Positions 10,996 through 21,384 of a DNA stretch of 64,000 nt are shown one piece after another (the first letter of the stretch is position 1; each line of letters opens with the position of its first letter). The position numbers and the translations under genes were made by a program. The DNA comes from a virus (lineage: Duplodnaviria; Heunggongvirae; Uroviricota; Caudoviricetes): positions 66,713 through 130,712 of the IMG/VR virus record IMGVR_UViG_2910649936_000002. One strand, given 5' to 3'. Under the pieces are notes generated by a model. That model did no database searches. It was not told where the DNA came from and saw only the letters and a program-made list of their open reading frames with translations.

Positions 10996-11343
10996 TTATG
11001 ATACTTTCCTTTTCAGTTCATCTATTTCTTTCTGCATGGTGTCCATTTGACGAATTAAAAGGTTTACCGTGCTATTTTCCAGTTTAATCGTATTTACTGT
11101 ACTTTCAAGATTATCAAGGCGTTTATCCATTCTTTCAAAATGTTCATTTGTTCTTTCCTGTACGTTGTCGATTTCATTTAAAACTCGATTTTCTAACGCT
11201 CTCATGTCTTTTCTGACTGATGTAAACTCCGCTTTCATCTCTTTTCTAACCGATGTAAACTCCGCTTTCATCTCTTCCCTGACGCCTGATATTTCCTCTT
11301 TCATTATCGTCCGAATCATCTCTAGATCCTGTTTTTCTAACAT
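10996..11343 (-). CDS. Coiled-coil protein with 11-residue repeats (EMKAEFTSVRK x2)
   Basis: 33-bp tandem repeat; SD aggagg; upstream promoter TTGACA(11460)-N17-TATGCT. Confidence 0.8.
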   Translation of the reverse strand: MLEKQDLEMIRTIMKEEISGVREEMKAEFTSVRKEMKAEFTSVRKDMRALENRVLNEIDNVQERTNEHFERMDKRLDNLESTVNTIKLENSTVNLLIRQMDTMQKEIDELKRKVS

Positions 11344-11477
11344 TTTTTGACCTCCTTCTTTTCTATATGAAATACATTTCCCCATTAATTTCCAGTGCGA
11401 TAGCATCCTTCCTGTCTTTTAACTTGTTTCAAGCATAACTCCAGATTTTCGCTTTGTCAACTATTTTCTTTAATATA

Positions 11478-11684
11478 TTAAAGATTTTCTTTTTCATTTT
11501 CCATTATTTCTCCAGGTTGACAGTCTAGCGTATCACAAATACGTGCTATAACATCTAATGAAACGATTTTATTTTGACGCATTTTTGACATTGTAGAACT
11601 AGATGCACCTATAGCAGTTCTTAACTCTTCTACTGTCATATGCCTTCTATTCAGCATGTCAAAAAGTTTATAGTATGTTATCAT
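11478..11684 (-). CDS. Cro/C1-type HTH regulator (HTH_26-like)
   Basis: YYKLFDML…VSLDVIARICDTLDCQPGEIME signature. Confidence 0.9.
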   Translation of the reverse strand: MITYYKLFDMLNRRHMTVEELRTAIGASSSTMSKMRQNKIVSLDVIARICDTLDCQPGEIMENEKENL

Positions 11685-11729
11685 ATCCTCACCGCCTAAT
11701 CTTAATATAGGCTATTATAGCATATTTCT

Positions 11730-13042
11730 AGTTGTATATCTATTTGTTTCGGTTCGTTAGTTTCCATGTTTAAAATGTACTTATAGCGTCACCGCGTAAA
11801 GGTGAACCATTGACGCCATGCCGGAAATCTCCGGCTTATTATATGTCGTTTACGTCAGACATCCAGACGGCAGCTTTTTAGGTTTACAGCATATGCTTTC
11901 ATCCCTGTCGGGGGTTCGCCCGTCGCGGTTATTATATTCTTCAGTAGTCCCGCGCCTTTTTCTGATTTTTCAGATTTTTAACCTCAAATTTTTGGAAAGC
12001 CCATTCTACCTAGCTTAATCGGTAACGGTAATCATTTTAAATGTGATACCTGTTTTCACATATCGCGGTCATCATATTTTTAAACCGCTGACCGTCTCAC
12101 AGTTTAAGTACTACTTTCTATTCTGTACTGCCTGGCTCAACTTTTTCAATTTTTCAGACTATGAAAGTTTCATGTAATGTCCCTTGCTTCTGTCACGCTA
12201 CTTATTAAATTGCTATAGATTGTTTTATGTCCCGTTTGTGCGGTGGTTATTATCAACCGTCAATTTAATTTTCACATCCACAAATGATTGTATTGTCTGC
12301 CAGTTTTCAATGAAATACACTTCTTGCATCCTCTTCTGCTTTTCATGCCGTGTCAATCCCGGCAGAGAGTCAAACGCTTGAAATGTATTACATTTTCAGC
12401 GGTACAGTATAGAAAAGTTATACTTTTCAAGATGTATCGTCATATCTCATTTACGTTGTTTTTTACGGACGTTTACAATAACCTTCTACTTATTGCGTTG
12501 TGCTACTTGCATTTTATACAGTCGCATTGTATAGCTGTCTGTACTACTGATTGACGTTGTAACCGTTTAGCTTTTTTACAGAGTTCGTAACTTTGCTCTG
12601 ACTACACCCACATTTTTATTAATCGCTTTACTTTTTAGAACTGACACGGCAGAACTTCATTTCATACGCTTTTATTATATAGTTGTAGTTTTCATTTTTT
12701 CGGGAAATGTAACCGCTATAAAGTTTAATATGTAACTTTTTTGGAATGTCGCCGACTATACAAAGATAGTTCGTTTTACAGCTTGATTCCGGTGCTCTGT
12801 GTTTATACGGACTTGCAACCGTTACGGAAAAAACCGTAGTCACATTACCGGTGGTATATGCTTTTTTATGCGCTCTAGGTAAAGCTATATATACCAGTGA
12901 AACCCTAGTGTTATTTTGCAAAATAAACATTCAATACAATTTCTGGTTTGTATTAGATCAGTCATAAAACGGAACCTATTTTGACACCGCGAGAAGGTAA
13001 AGTTTTTATTGTCTAAACCGTTTTGTTTATCTCTTTTAACTT
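11730..13042 (-). ncRNA. Candidate large (~1.3 kb) structured non-coding RNA
   Basis: Consensus promoter directly upstream, no SD-led ORF, and more than 15 short hairpins visible on the minus strand. Confidence 0.45.
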
Positions 13043-13048
13043 GTCTTA

Positions 13049-13077
13049 ATCTTATCACAAGTTTTTCATTGTGTCAA
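13049..13077 (-). promoter_or_regulatory. Sigma70/sigmaA promoter TTGACA-N17-TAAGAT with extended -10 TG; overlapped by the repeat tcacaagtttt(t)cat
   Basis: -35 at 13072-77, -10 at 13049-54; the repeat occurs at 13055 and 13095. Confidence 0.75.
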
Positions 13078-13151
13078 TAGTTTTTTATTGTTTTTCACAA
13101 GTTTTTTCATGTTATTATGTTTATAGAAAAAGCATACATCTATAGTATGCT

Positions 13152-13364
13152 TTACTCTATGCGCGTGCCATCTGGAAATTCAAACCCGGAAAAATATTTG
13201 CAACCCAGAGCTTGCGACATCAACTTGAAATCTTTATCGCTAAACTTGCCAGTTTTCAAACGTCCTGAAAAATTTTGTTGACTCATCCCCATTCGACGGC
13301 CTAGCTCTGTTTTACTGATTCCGGCAATAACACATGCACTTTCAATTTTTTGTTGTATAGTCAT
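13152..13364 (-). CDS. XRE-family HTH regulator
   Basis: ISKTELGRRMGMSQQNFSGRLKTGKFS HTH; SD aggag. Confidence 0.85.
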   Translation of the reverse strand: MTIQQKIESACVIAGISKTELGRRMGMSQQNFSGRLKTGKFSDKDFKLMSQALGCKYFSGFEFPDGTRIE

Positions 13365-13475
13365 GTTATACACTCCTGTTATAATTATGTAATATTAGTA
13401 TAGCAGATACTAAAAAAATTGGAAAGCATTGTTTTATTTATTAATCAAAGTACAAAAAAGTGTAAAGCCTTTAAC

Positions 13476-13868
13476 AACTTAATAGACTTTACACCCTTTA
13501 TATTTGCTATGTAATATTATGATACCTTTTCAAGTTTTGCGCTATGCTCACGTACCACTTTTTTAAGTAGTGCTATATCTTCCTTCATGCCATCTATGCT
13601 GTCAGCTTCATTTTTGTATCGCTCATATGTACTAGTATAACATGATTCAATGTTTTGTAAGCGCGGCAAAACGTTGTTTTCTAATGTCAATTTAATACTT
13701 GTTATATCGTTGCGAATTGGTGCCAACTCGGAATTTAACTTTTTATCCAACATGTCTGATATAGCTAATAACAATTCATTATCTGTCATGGAATCACCTC
13801 TTTATATGATATACAATGTATGATGTGATAAGATTATAACATATCAAGAGTATAAAGTCTATTAAGTT
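13476..13868. repeat. 16-bp perfect inverted repeats (aacttaatagacttta) flanking a single gene
   Basis: 13476-13491 and reverse complement at 13853-13868; an 11-bp direct repeat atcaaagtaca lies outside them at 13444 and 13869. Confidence 0.8.
13517..13789 (-). CDS. Small coiled-coil protein
   Basis: SD gaggtg; heptad pattern; ends KVS* like 10996-11343. Confidence 0.8.
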   Translation of the reverse strand: MTDNELLLAISDMLDKKLNSELAPIRNDITSIKLTLENNVLPRLQNIESCYTSTYERYKNEADSIDGMKEDIALLKKVVREHSAKLEKVS

Positions 13869-14174
13869 ATCAAAGTACACTTTTAGAAATTATGTAAGTT
13901 TGCGATCGACATTATTATAAGCTATCCATTTTGTGAGTTTGCGGAGCCTTACACTTTATAGCGTCGCTTATTTTGTTTGTTGTGTCGCTTGACTTGATGT
14001 AATGATAGCATATAAGTTTATTTATGTAAATAGTTTTATTTATTTTTATACCATTTTGTTTAATATACATAAATACAAATATTATTCACTTGCTTTATAT
14101 TGTTAAATATGTATAATTATATTTATAAATAAAATTTGATACAATAATCTACTATTCAAAAGCGAGGTAGAAAG

Positions 14175-14393
14175 ATGTTAGAATATAAAAGCACAGAACA
14201 ATTTTTACATGACTATAGAAAATATCTTAATGAAAAAGGAATTACTAATGCGCACGTTGCTAGAAAAATGAATATATCACCGCAACAACTACAAAATATC
14301 TTTAAAAAGAAGCAGTTAAATATTATAGACTTAAAAAAATTATGCAATGCTATAGATCTTGAATTTATTATAGACATTAAAGCAAGAGAATAA
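14175..14393 (+). CDS. XRE-family HTH regulator
   Basis: ITNAHVARKMNISPQQLQNIF; SD gaggt. Confidence 0.85.
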   Translation: MLEYKSTEQFLHDYRKYLNEKGITNAHVARKMNISPQQLQNIFKKKQLNIIDLKKLCNAIDLEFIIDIKARE

Positions 14394-14430
14394 CATTAAG
14401 TAGATGACGATAGGAGTGTTATAGTTATAT

Positions 14431-14664
14431 ATGAAATATAAGGGAAACATAGAAGATATAACACTATTAATTAAGCATGCTATGTTAGATAAAGATAAAA
14501 GACAAAAAGATATTTGTAATAGTACCGGGTGGAGTAAAGGAACTGTAAGCAATTTGTTAAACAATAGAACGGATAACCCTAGTTTAAAAATATTATTACA
14601 AGTATGTGATGCTATTGATTGCGATTTAATGATTGATATTGTACCACGTAAAGAAGAAAATTAA
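14431..14664 (+). CDS. XRE-family HTH regulator
   Basis: RQKDIC…WSKGTVSNLLN…NPSLKILLQVCDAI; SD aggag. Confidence 0.88.
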   Translation: MKYKGNIEDITLLIKHAMLDKDKRQKDICNSTGWSKGTVSNLLNNRTDNPSLKILLQVCDAIDCDLMIDIVPRKEEN

Positions 14665-14697
14665 TCGCTGTAATCGCATTTTATACAACGTGTCAAA

Positions 14698-14825
14698 AGT
14701 GGGGATTATCATTTGTTTTTTCGCTAATTTTTATATATAAGTGGGGATTTATTTTAAATTATCATGTATTTTTATGTGTATAGTGGGGATTTTTACTCAA
14801 AAAGTTATCCGCATAATGTGGATAA
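14698..14825. promoter_or_regulatory. Putative replication origin: three iteron-like agtggggatt repeats at 42-bp spacing plus an inverted DnaA-box pair
   Basis: Repeats at 14698, 14740, 14782; TTATCCGCA 14805-13 and TGTGGATAA 14817-25; near the strand switch and next to ~1.5 kb of AT-rich ORF-less DNA. Confidence 0.6.
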
Positions 14826-16412
14826 CTCCCTTTTTTAGTGTGAATAATTTTTCGATTTTGCAACGAACTTTTACAATAAAAAACATCAACAAAAATCTCA
14901 TTTTAGCAAATCCAAAAATTCCCTATAAATACGCTATTTTTTAGATATTTTATTGATTTTTCTTATCATAGTATAAAAATAAATATCCCCCATTATTGTA
15001 AATAATAGGGGATGTTTGTAGCATAGGGGGTGTTTTACATTTCAAATTTAAGTTAGTTCTCGCTAATAACCCCCATGTGACCTATTCACACGTCACAGCC
15101 AAAAAAATGTTCGAAAATATGTTCGATATTCTCCCATTTCCCACTTCGTTAAACCTCAATAAATACGCAAATCCCCCTTCGTTCTTAACTCCAAGAAAAA
15201 CCATTCAATCTACCTAGATTTTCTCAAATTCATACTTCACCAACGCAACACTTCCAGTAAATTCAACGCCTCAAACGAACTTACCACAAATATCCCCTAT
15301 TATGGATTAATCCCTCTCATATTTTCCTAAAAAAATCACCCACAATATACACCACCCACATATTATAAAATCCCAGTAAAATCAATCATTTCTCCAATAT
15401 ACCCCCACCCAAATACAATATAAATTCTTATGAAAATCTCGAAGTCAATAAAATTTATAAAATAAAAAAATACAAAAAGAGAAGGAAATAAATAAAAGCA
15501 TTCCTTCCACTCATTTCCACACCCTTGTTTTAATCATACAAATGCCTACTAATTTAAAATCAATTTTATTTTTGCTACGCAATGACTAACCATTGAAAAA
15601 TCAGCACAACCCTACTAACCCTATAAAAGTATCACATAAGCACCATATTTTTTTAAATCTAGTTATAACAATAGAAAATAAATGCAACATGGAAAATACA
15701 ATTACTCATACACCCGGAACATTGCATGTAATTGATTCGGGAAACGTATATGCTTCAGCAAACACATCCAACATGATAAAAGCAATCTAATTTCAATTCT
15801 ATTCCGGCTATTCTATTATTATCCATAGAATATAAAACAAAACAACTATTACCCTACCAATTTATTACCTAGTTATATTTATTTTTTAAATCTAATTGTA
15901 ATGCTATAAAAAAAACGAAAACTATATTGTCAGATTCAAAAAACAATACTTTCAATCATAAAATTCACAACATTTATGCTTACACCACTATCCCGGAAAA
16001 ACATTTCAGCTCCGTAAAAAATTGATATAAAAATATAAATATAATAAAACCAATATATGATTAGATATTAAAATCAATTTTATTCCCAGAAATCTAACGC
16101 TAATAACAGAGTAGAATTTATAACTATCATTTAATGATAAAGTTATCACCTGATGACATTTAATTTTCCAAATCTATGGTTATCATTAGAATAAAACAGA
16201 AGTTATTTTTTTCATGACAAATATAAAAAATAAAATTTAAGCTCCATCCAGTGAAATAATGATAAAAAACATTATATTTTAATTCAGCAGACAAAATCGT
16301 AATAAAACAGAGAAGATAATTATAGAAACTAATTAAAACAGATTCACACAGTCCTTACTGCAATGGTATACTATTCACATATTAAAATATCATTGTTGTC
16401 AAGGAGGAAAAT

Positions 16413-17150
16413 ATGGAGGACATTTATAATTATATGATATGGGGAAATTATGACCAAAAAATTACCGCACTTGCAAAAATGACAGGTGAAAACTGGAATA
16501 CCAAAGATAATACTAATAATCCAATTCTAAAACGCTATCTAACTCATACAACAAAGAAGTTGGAAGAAGAAGGAAAAATTTTAACTACAGACGAATACTG
16601 TATTATAAATACAGGGCTATTTACAACTTATTATGAACCCATATATATTTATGCTGAAAAAAATTATTCCTCGTCAGATCCAGATTGGTTTTTTAAATCA
16701 TTTGCCACACCTTATGATCTTGGCAATTTAGGAATTACTACATTACCTGAAAGAGCAAATTATTTTCAAGATCCAAGTTTGCTTATCTTCAATCCGAATT
16801 ACAAAATTAATGTACAATTTAAACATATCTATGACGATGAGGATAACAGAACTCGCATGCCCAGGGAGATTTTAGAAAGCAAAAATATTCACTCCGTGTT
16901 CAAAGGAGCCATTGACACAATGATTAAGAAAGTAACGGCAAATTACAAAATTGCTGTACCACAATATTTCAATGGACAGATTCAGTTATTGCTTCCTTTA
17001 TGTTTAGTTGATGAAAACAAACCTGATTTAGCGTTAGTTGTTACCAGAGTAAATAATATCTATCAAGGGCATACTTGCTTAACATTGGAAATGGCGTATA
17101 ACAATGCCCGATTGATCGCAAAACCCGAAAGTAATTGGTTAGTTCCTTAA
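16413..17150 (+). CDS. DUF3825 domain protein
   Basis: AVPQYF…IQLLLPL…T(C)LTLEMAYNNARLI.KP.S.WL signature; own terminator at 17190-17223. Confidence 0.8.
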   Translation: MEDIYNYMIWGNYDQKITALAKMTGENWNTKDNTNNPILKRYLTHTTKKLEEEGKILTTDEYCIINTGLFTTYYEPIYIYAEKNYSSSDPDWFFKSFATPYDLGNLGITTLPERANYFQDPSLLIFNPNYKINVQFKHIYDDEDNRTRMPREILESKNIHSVFKGAIDTMIKKVTANYKIAVPQYFNGQIQLLLPLCLVDENKPDLALVVTRVNNIYQGHTCLTLEMAYNNARLIAKPESNWLVP

Positions 17151-17291
17151 AAGACTTCACAAATAAATATAACAGCATATTATATCAAAGTAAGGTAAAC
17201 GAAAATCGTTTGCCTTATTTTTTTGAAAATTTTCAAAACATATGGAGAAGAAAGTAATGTATCTACAAATTCAAAATAAAGGAGAAAAATT

Positions 17292-18143
17292 ATGAGTAAC
17301 TTAAAATTAGTGACAACTGAAACTTTCGGGAATATCGTATGTAATTTTTACCGAAACATGAATGATGACATTCTATTAACCAGGGAACAAATAGGTCAAG
17401 CATTGGAATATGCAAACCCATCAAAAGCGATCCAAAAGATACATTTAAAGCATAAAGACCGATTAGATTCCTTGTATGTACGAATAAAATTAACAGGCTA
17501 CCCCCAAACTGGGAATAATTGTACCCAGAACGGGGCTAACCTGAGAAAAAAAGAAGAACAAGAGCGTGTATATTACTCAGAGCGTGGGATTATGGAAATA
17601 TGCAGATGGTCAAGACAGCCCAAAGCAAATCAGTTTATGGATTGGTGCTGGGATATCATAGAGAATTATCGCCACGGTAATGGAGTAACTACAAAAGAAA
17701 TGGCATCTTTGCTTTCAACCGTATCCACTCTGACAAATACAATAACAGAGCTACATAAGGATATTACATCCCTGAAACAGAAAGTAAACAACCCTATTTC
17801 CATTCAACAGCCATCATCAGCATGGCTTATTGAAATGTTCCCAAAATTCAAAATCTTGGAGAAGCATTTAAATATCAGTCGCACAGAATTATATCGCAAG
17901 CTGTATATATCCTTAAAGCAGGCATATGAAATAGATGTAGACCAATTAAAACTGGATTATTGCGTCGCTTATGGTTTATTAGATTGTCATCCAATGTCCG
18001 CGATTGCGCATAATAAAAAGGCAAGAACATATTTGACCGGAATCATAGACGCCTTATTAAAAAAATATAAGCTCCAAAAAAATACGGATTCATTGGATGA
18101 GATATTTAACTTTGATAAAGTCACGATTACAAGAGAATGGTAA
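17292..18143 (+). CDS. BRO-N-type phage antirepressor
   Basis: TREQIGQALEY.NP…YSERGIMEICRWSRQPKANQFMDW. Confidence 0.8.
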   Translation: MSNLKLVTTETFGNIVCNFYRNMNDDILLTREQIGQALEYANPSKAIQKIHLKHKDRLDSLYVRIKLTGYPQTGNNCTQNGANLRKKEEQERVYYSERGIMEICRWSRQPKANQFMDWCWDIIENYRHGNGVTTKEMASLLSTVSTLTNTITELHKDITSLKQKVNNPISIQQPSSAWLIEMFPKFKILEKHLNISRTELYRKLYISLKQAYEIDVDQLKLDYCVAYGLLDCHPMSAIAHNKKARTYLTGIIDALLKKYKLQKNTDSLDEIFNFDKVTITREW

Positions 18144-18495
18144 AAACAATCATATTGATATATTCATTTTCAATTCAATTTTGATGTACATGGAGAAGAT
18201 AATAATAGGACATTACTTTCCTATCCCCTCTTATATCCAATTAATACAACTAATAATTGAACAAAGGAGAATATCAATAATCATGAATCATAGATACGAA
18301 AAATGCTATGCTGAAATTTTAGAAAAATCAGATAACCAAATAATAGATACATGGAAATTCTATCAACGTTATCTTCTTTGCATTAGTCGAAATAATCGGC
18401 AATATGCCACAGCAAAAACATACATACAAGTCTGTGAAGATATATTACGAATCCGAGGTAATGATTTTATAGATCGTACTTACCTGCAAGATTAA
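18097..18495 (+). CDS. Hypothetical protein (start uncertain, probably MNHRY at 18283)
   Basis: SD aaggag upstream of the internal ATG. Confidence 0.45.
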   Translation: MRYLTLIKSRLQENGKNNHIDIFIFNSILMYMEKIIIGHYFPIPSYIQLIQLIIEQRRISIIMNHRYEKCYAEILEKSDNQIIDTWKFYQRYLLCISRNNRQYATAKTYIQVCEDILRIRGNDFIDRTYLQD

Positions 18496-18512
18496 AAAGG
18501 AGAAGGGAAAAT

Positions 18513-18710
18513 ATGAAAATGTCTTTTTATCGAAAAAATAAGAATCTATATGTAGACGTGATTACACATAAAGCAAATGAATTACCAAAGATTCGTACTA
18601 AGATGGAATCTTATGGCATTTCTAAATACAGAGTAATTAAAAATAAGCCATATTCATGGGATTACAAAAGAAAATCGCGTAAGCGATTCAAGGGTGCGTT
18701 AGCACCCTAG
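18513..18710 (+). CDS. Small basic hypothetical protein
   Basis: SD aggagaaggg. Confidence 0.55.
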   Translation: MKMSFYRKNKNLYVDVITHKANELPKIRTKMESYGISKYRVIKNKPYSWDYKRKSRKRFKGALAP

Positions 18711-18947
18711 CGAAGCACCTTTAGGTGCGTAGCATTTTACGGTTGAAATTTTTTCGTGAGAAAAAATGAAATCGTAAAATAAGTATTACTCTTATTATAT
18801 GGTGTATTAATATTATTAGAGTATAGGTTTGGTTGCAGTATTATATATATCTTTTACTAGGTTTTTGGAAAGTAATATCAAAAAATACATTTATTTTTAC
18901 CGCGACAAGAATAATATTATAATTATATTTTTTAAACAAAAATAATT

Positions 18948-19805
18948 TTGAATCATAAAAAGGAGAAGGGATATTTGATGAAGAGTGATATTCAATTTAA
19001 TACTATCATTCCAATAGAGCACACTACAAATTATGAATATATATGTAGCGGCAGATTGTTTACACGAATACCTAATGAGTTAATTCAGCGCAATCTAAAA
19101 AAAAGGCATGGAATACATAACATATTATATGCTGTTTATTTGTTATTAGATAGATATAGTACCAGAGAACATGTCGTTCAAATCAGTATTGGTAAATTAC
19201 TTGATTTAAGTGGGCATAAATATACGAGAAACGTAAAGACTTCTGTATTTTATGAAGTTATAAAATGCTTATATTTTTTAGAGCAAAGTAATTATATTGA
19301 AACTGATATTTGCGATTATCAAACATTTCAAAATTCTATAGATAGAAAAACATTGATTACGATACGGTTGATTTACGACAGATTTAATATTACTCAAAAT
19401 TATACGCATATTCGTTGGAATGATTATGATAAGATTATGAATCTTACATCTTCTAATTCTAAACATTTATCAAAGGATTCATTATTATTCATTTATCTTT
19501 ATGTTTGTTCTTATATAGGTACTCGCCCTAAAAATATGCCAATATCAGAATTTCCCGAAGCATTTTGGAAATCATTAAATGTTATCAATCTAGAAACCGG
19601 CATGTCCCGGCCATCAATTATTCAATATTTAAAAATTCTTTGTGAAGGCACTAATCCTCTATTAATTAAAATGGATGTAAAAGCTCGGCATAAATCTAAT
19701 GCAGCCTTTCAAAATTTTCCAAACATTTATGTATTAAATAGAGAAGGATATAGAGAAGAACTAAATGCAGCTTACACAAAGTTGCTAAATAAAATTACCA
19801 AGTAA
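18948..19805 (+). CDS. Winged-helix replication initiator-like protein
   Basis: FTRIPNELI…LYAVYLLL and C-terminal HTH SLNVINLETGMSRPSIIQYLKIL…PNIY. Confidence 0.5.
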   Translation: MNHKKEKGYLMKSDIQFNTIIPIEHTTNYEYICSGRLFTRIPNELIQRNLKKRHGIHNILYAVYLLLDRYSTREHVVQISIGKLLDLSGHKYTRNVKTSVFYEVIKCLYFLEQSNYIETDICDYQTFQNSIDRKTLITIRLIYDRFNITQNYTHIRWNDYDKIMNLTSSNSKHLSKDSLLFIYLYVCSYIGTRPKNMPISEFPEAFWKSLNVINLETGMSRPSIIQYLKILCEGTNPLLIKMDVKARHKSNAAFQNFPNIYVLNREGYREELNAAYTKLLNKITK

Positions 19806-19881
19806 ATATGTTTTCATTCTAAAAAAACGAGAAAGGATGATGTACGTATGAATTTAAACAGCAAAAGGAGAAGAAACCAAT

Positions 19882-20070
19882 ATGATAGATTTTATAAATT
19901 GTTCAAATTATTTAGACCATAGACGATATGGCGGCAGCATTTACAAATCAGATTTCGAGATGGAATATGGAGTAAGTATAGCAGATATGGCAGATAGAAT
20001 CATTCGTGATTTAAGATTTGATGAACAATGTAGAAAAAATATAGAATGTCGCAAGCGGAGGTCTAAATAA
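19882..20070 (+). CDS. Phage hypothetical protein
   Basis: SD aggag. Confidence 0.65.
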   Translation: MIDFINCSNYLDHRRYGGSIYKSDFEMEYGVSIADMADRIIRDLRFDEQCRKNIECRKRRSK

Positions 20071-20072
20071 AA

Positions 20073-20405
20073 ATGGAGAAGGATATATTGACACTTGAAA
20101 AAGATATAATTCCCAGAAAATCAGTACCACTCTACGAGCAGGAAACTCATATTTATTATATGCGTGATGAAAAAACTGCAAAAATCTATACTTCAGACTC
20201 TACTCAGATAACTAAGTTTGACAAATTGTGTAAAGAAAATCCACAAATGTATCAATTGATTGAAGACACTGGATGGGGTAAGACTTATCTTTGTCAAAAC
20301 AAAAATATGATTTCAATCAGAAAGAAAAAACGAGTTCTCACAGAAGCTCAAAAACAATTAGCGGCTGAACGTATGAAGAATATGCATTCAAGTAAAATTT
20401 TATAG
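20073..20405 (+). CDS. Phage hypothetical protein
   Basis: Packed operon. Confidence 0.7.
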   Translation: MEKDILTLEKDIIPRKSVPLYEQETHIYYMRDEKTAKIYTSDSTQITKFDKLCKENPQMYQLIEDTGWGKTYLCQNKNMISIRKKKRVLTEAQKQLAAERMKNMHSSKIL

Positions 20406-20424
20406 AAAAAAGGAGAGATGAATT

Positions 20425-20820
20425 ATGAGCACAGTTACAGGATGGGCAGATATGAAATACAGAGAGGAAGGATATGGTATTACTATCCCACTCTCTCAAC
20501 TTAGTCAAGAAGCAATGTATAAAGATTATTCTGTATTTTGTCAGTATCAGTTTAATAAAAAGAAAAACAAATACCAGCTTACAATGTGGATTCAGCGAAA
20601 AGATATTGACGGACACTTCCGCTTCGAAAGAGAAGGAATTGATACACAATACATATCTGGAACCCGCGAAACAATCCGTGAAAATATCTGTCGCATCGTT
20701 GAGCAGGCAATGAATGTAAAATATTTTGATTATTATATTAACAGGTATGAATATGACATGGAATGCTATGAAAAAGGGTTTGAGATTTTAGAATTAAAAG
20801 GTGAGAAACCATGTGTATAA
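20425..20820 (+). CDS. Phage hypothetical protein
   Basis: SD aggag. Confidence 0.75.
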   Translation: MSTVTGWADMKYREEGYGITIPLSQLSQEAMYKDYSVFCQYQFNKKKNKYQLTMWIQRKDIDGHFRFEREGIDTQYISGTRETIRENICRIVEQAMNVKYFDYYINRYEYDMECYEKGFEILELKGEKPCV

Positions 20821-21047
20821 TTTGTGGATTTGATCCATGTACATGTTCCTGCCCAAACTATATACCGCCAAAGTCAGTACACCATTGTATTATTTGTAAT
20901 GAAGGTATCATTGAGGGAGAAAAATATATTGAAAACCTCACTGGTGAATGTGTACATTTTGATTGTATTCCGGGATTAAGATGGTTACTTTCCTGGTTGG
21001 GAAAAGAAATTAAAGAGGAAGTGAATTATGAGTCATATAGAGATTAA
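20811..21047 (+). CDS. Small Cys-rich zinc-finger protein
   Basis: CxxC…CxC…CxxC…HxxC. Confidence 0.7.
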   Translation: MCIICGFDPCTCSCPNYIPPKSVHHCIICNEGIIEGEKYIENLTGECVHFDCIPGLRWLLSWLGKEIKEEVNYESYRD

Positions 21048-21384
21048 AATAATGCCAAATGAGCAATTCAAAAAAATCATGAACGAATTAAAGCAGACAT
21101 GGGATTTCAATGAGGATTACAACAAATTATTCAAAAGGTACAATGTAGATGGATATATTATGTTACCGGATGCTACGGAATAAGCAATTGCTCTATTAGA
21201 AATTATATTCAACGACACAAATCATTGGATATCATATTTTATATATGATTTAAATTGGGGAAAAGATTATAAACATGGAGATATTGTGATTGATGGTAAA
21301 ATATTTGATTTGATTACGTTAGATAATTTATATGATTTATTGATAAAAGGTATTAAATTTGGGGAGGAAATTTCTATTGCTTGA
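21028..21384 (+). pseudogene. Phage gene interrupted by an in-frame TAA at 21181
   Basis: SD gagg; the frame continues after the TAA for ~67 codons (WISYFIYDLNWG…LDNLYDLL). Confidence 0.65.

Noticed and set aside
14698-14791. CRISPR mini-array
   Set aside because: The repeat is only 10 bp, non-palindromic and has three copies, with no cas genes. It fits iterons better.
15500-16350. Recurring taaaatcaattttatt and ataaaacag motifs as a defined repeat family
   Set aside because: Short and very AT-rich; cannot be distinguished from compositional background by eye.
1809-21384. Alternative genetic code (stop-codon recoding), suggested by in-frame TAG (~1965) and TAA (21181)
   Set aside because: The two stops differ, many genes end normally in TAG or TAA, and long core genes are intact under code 11. 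There is no suppressor tRNA.
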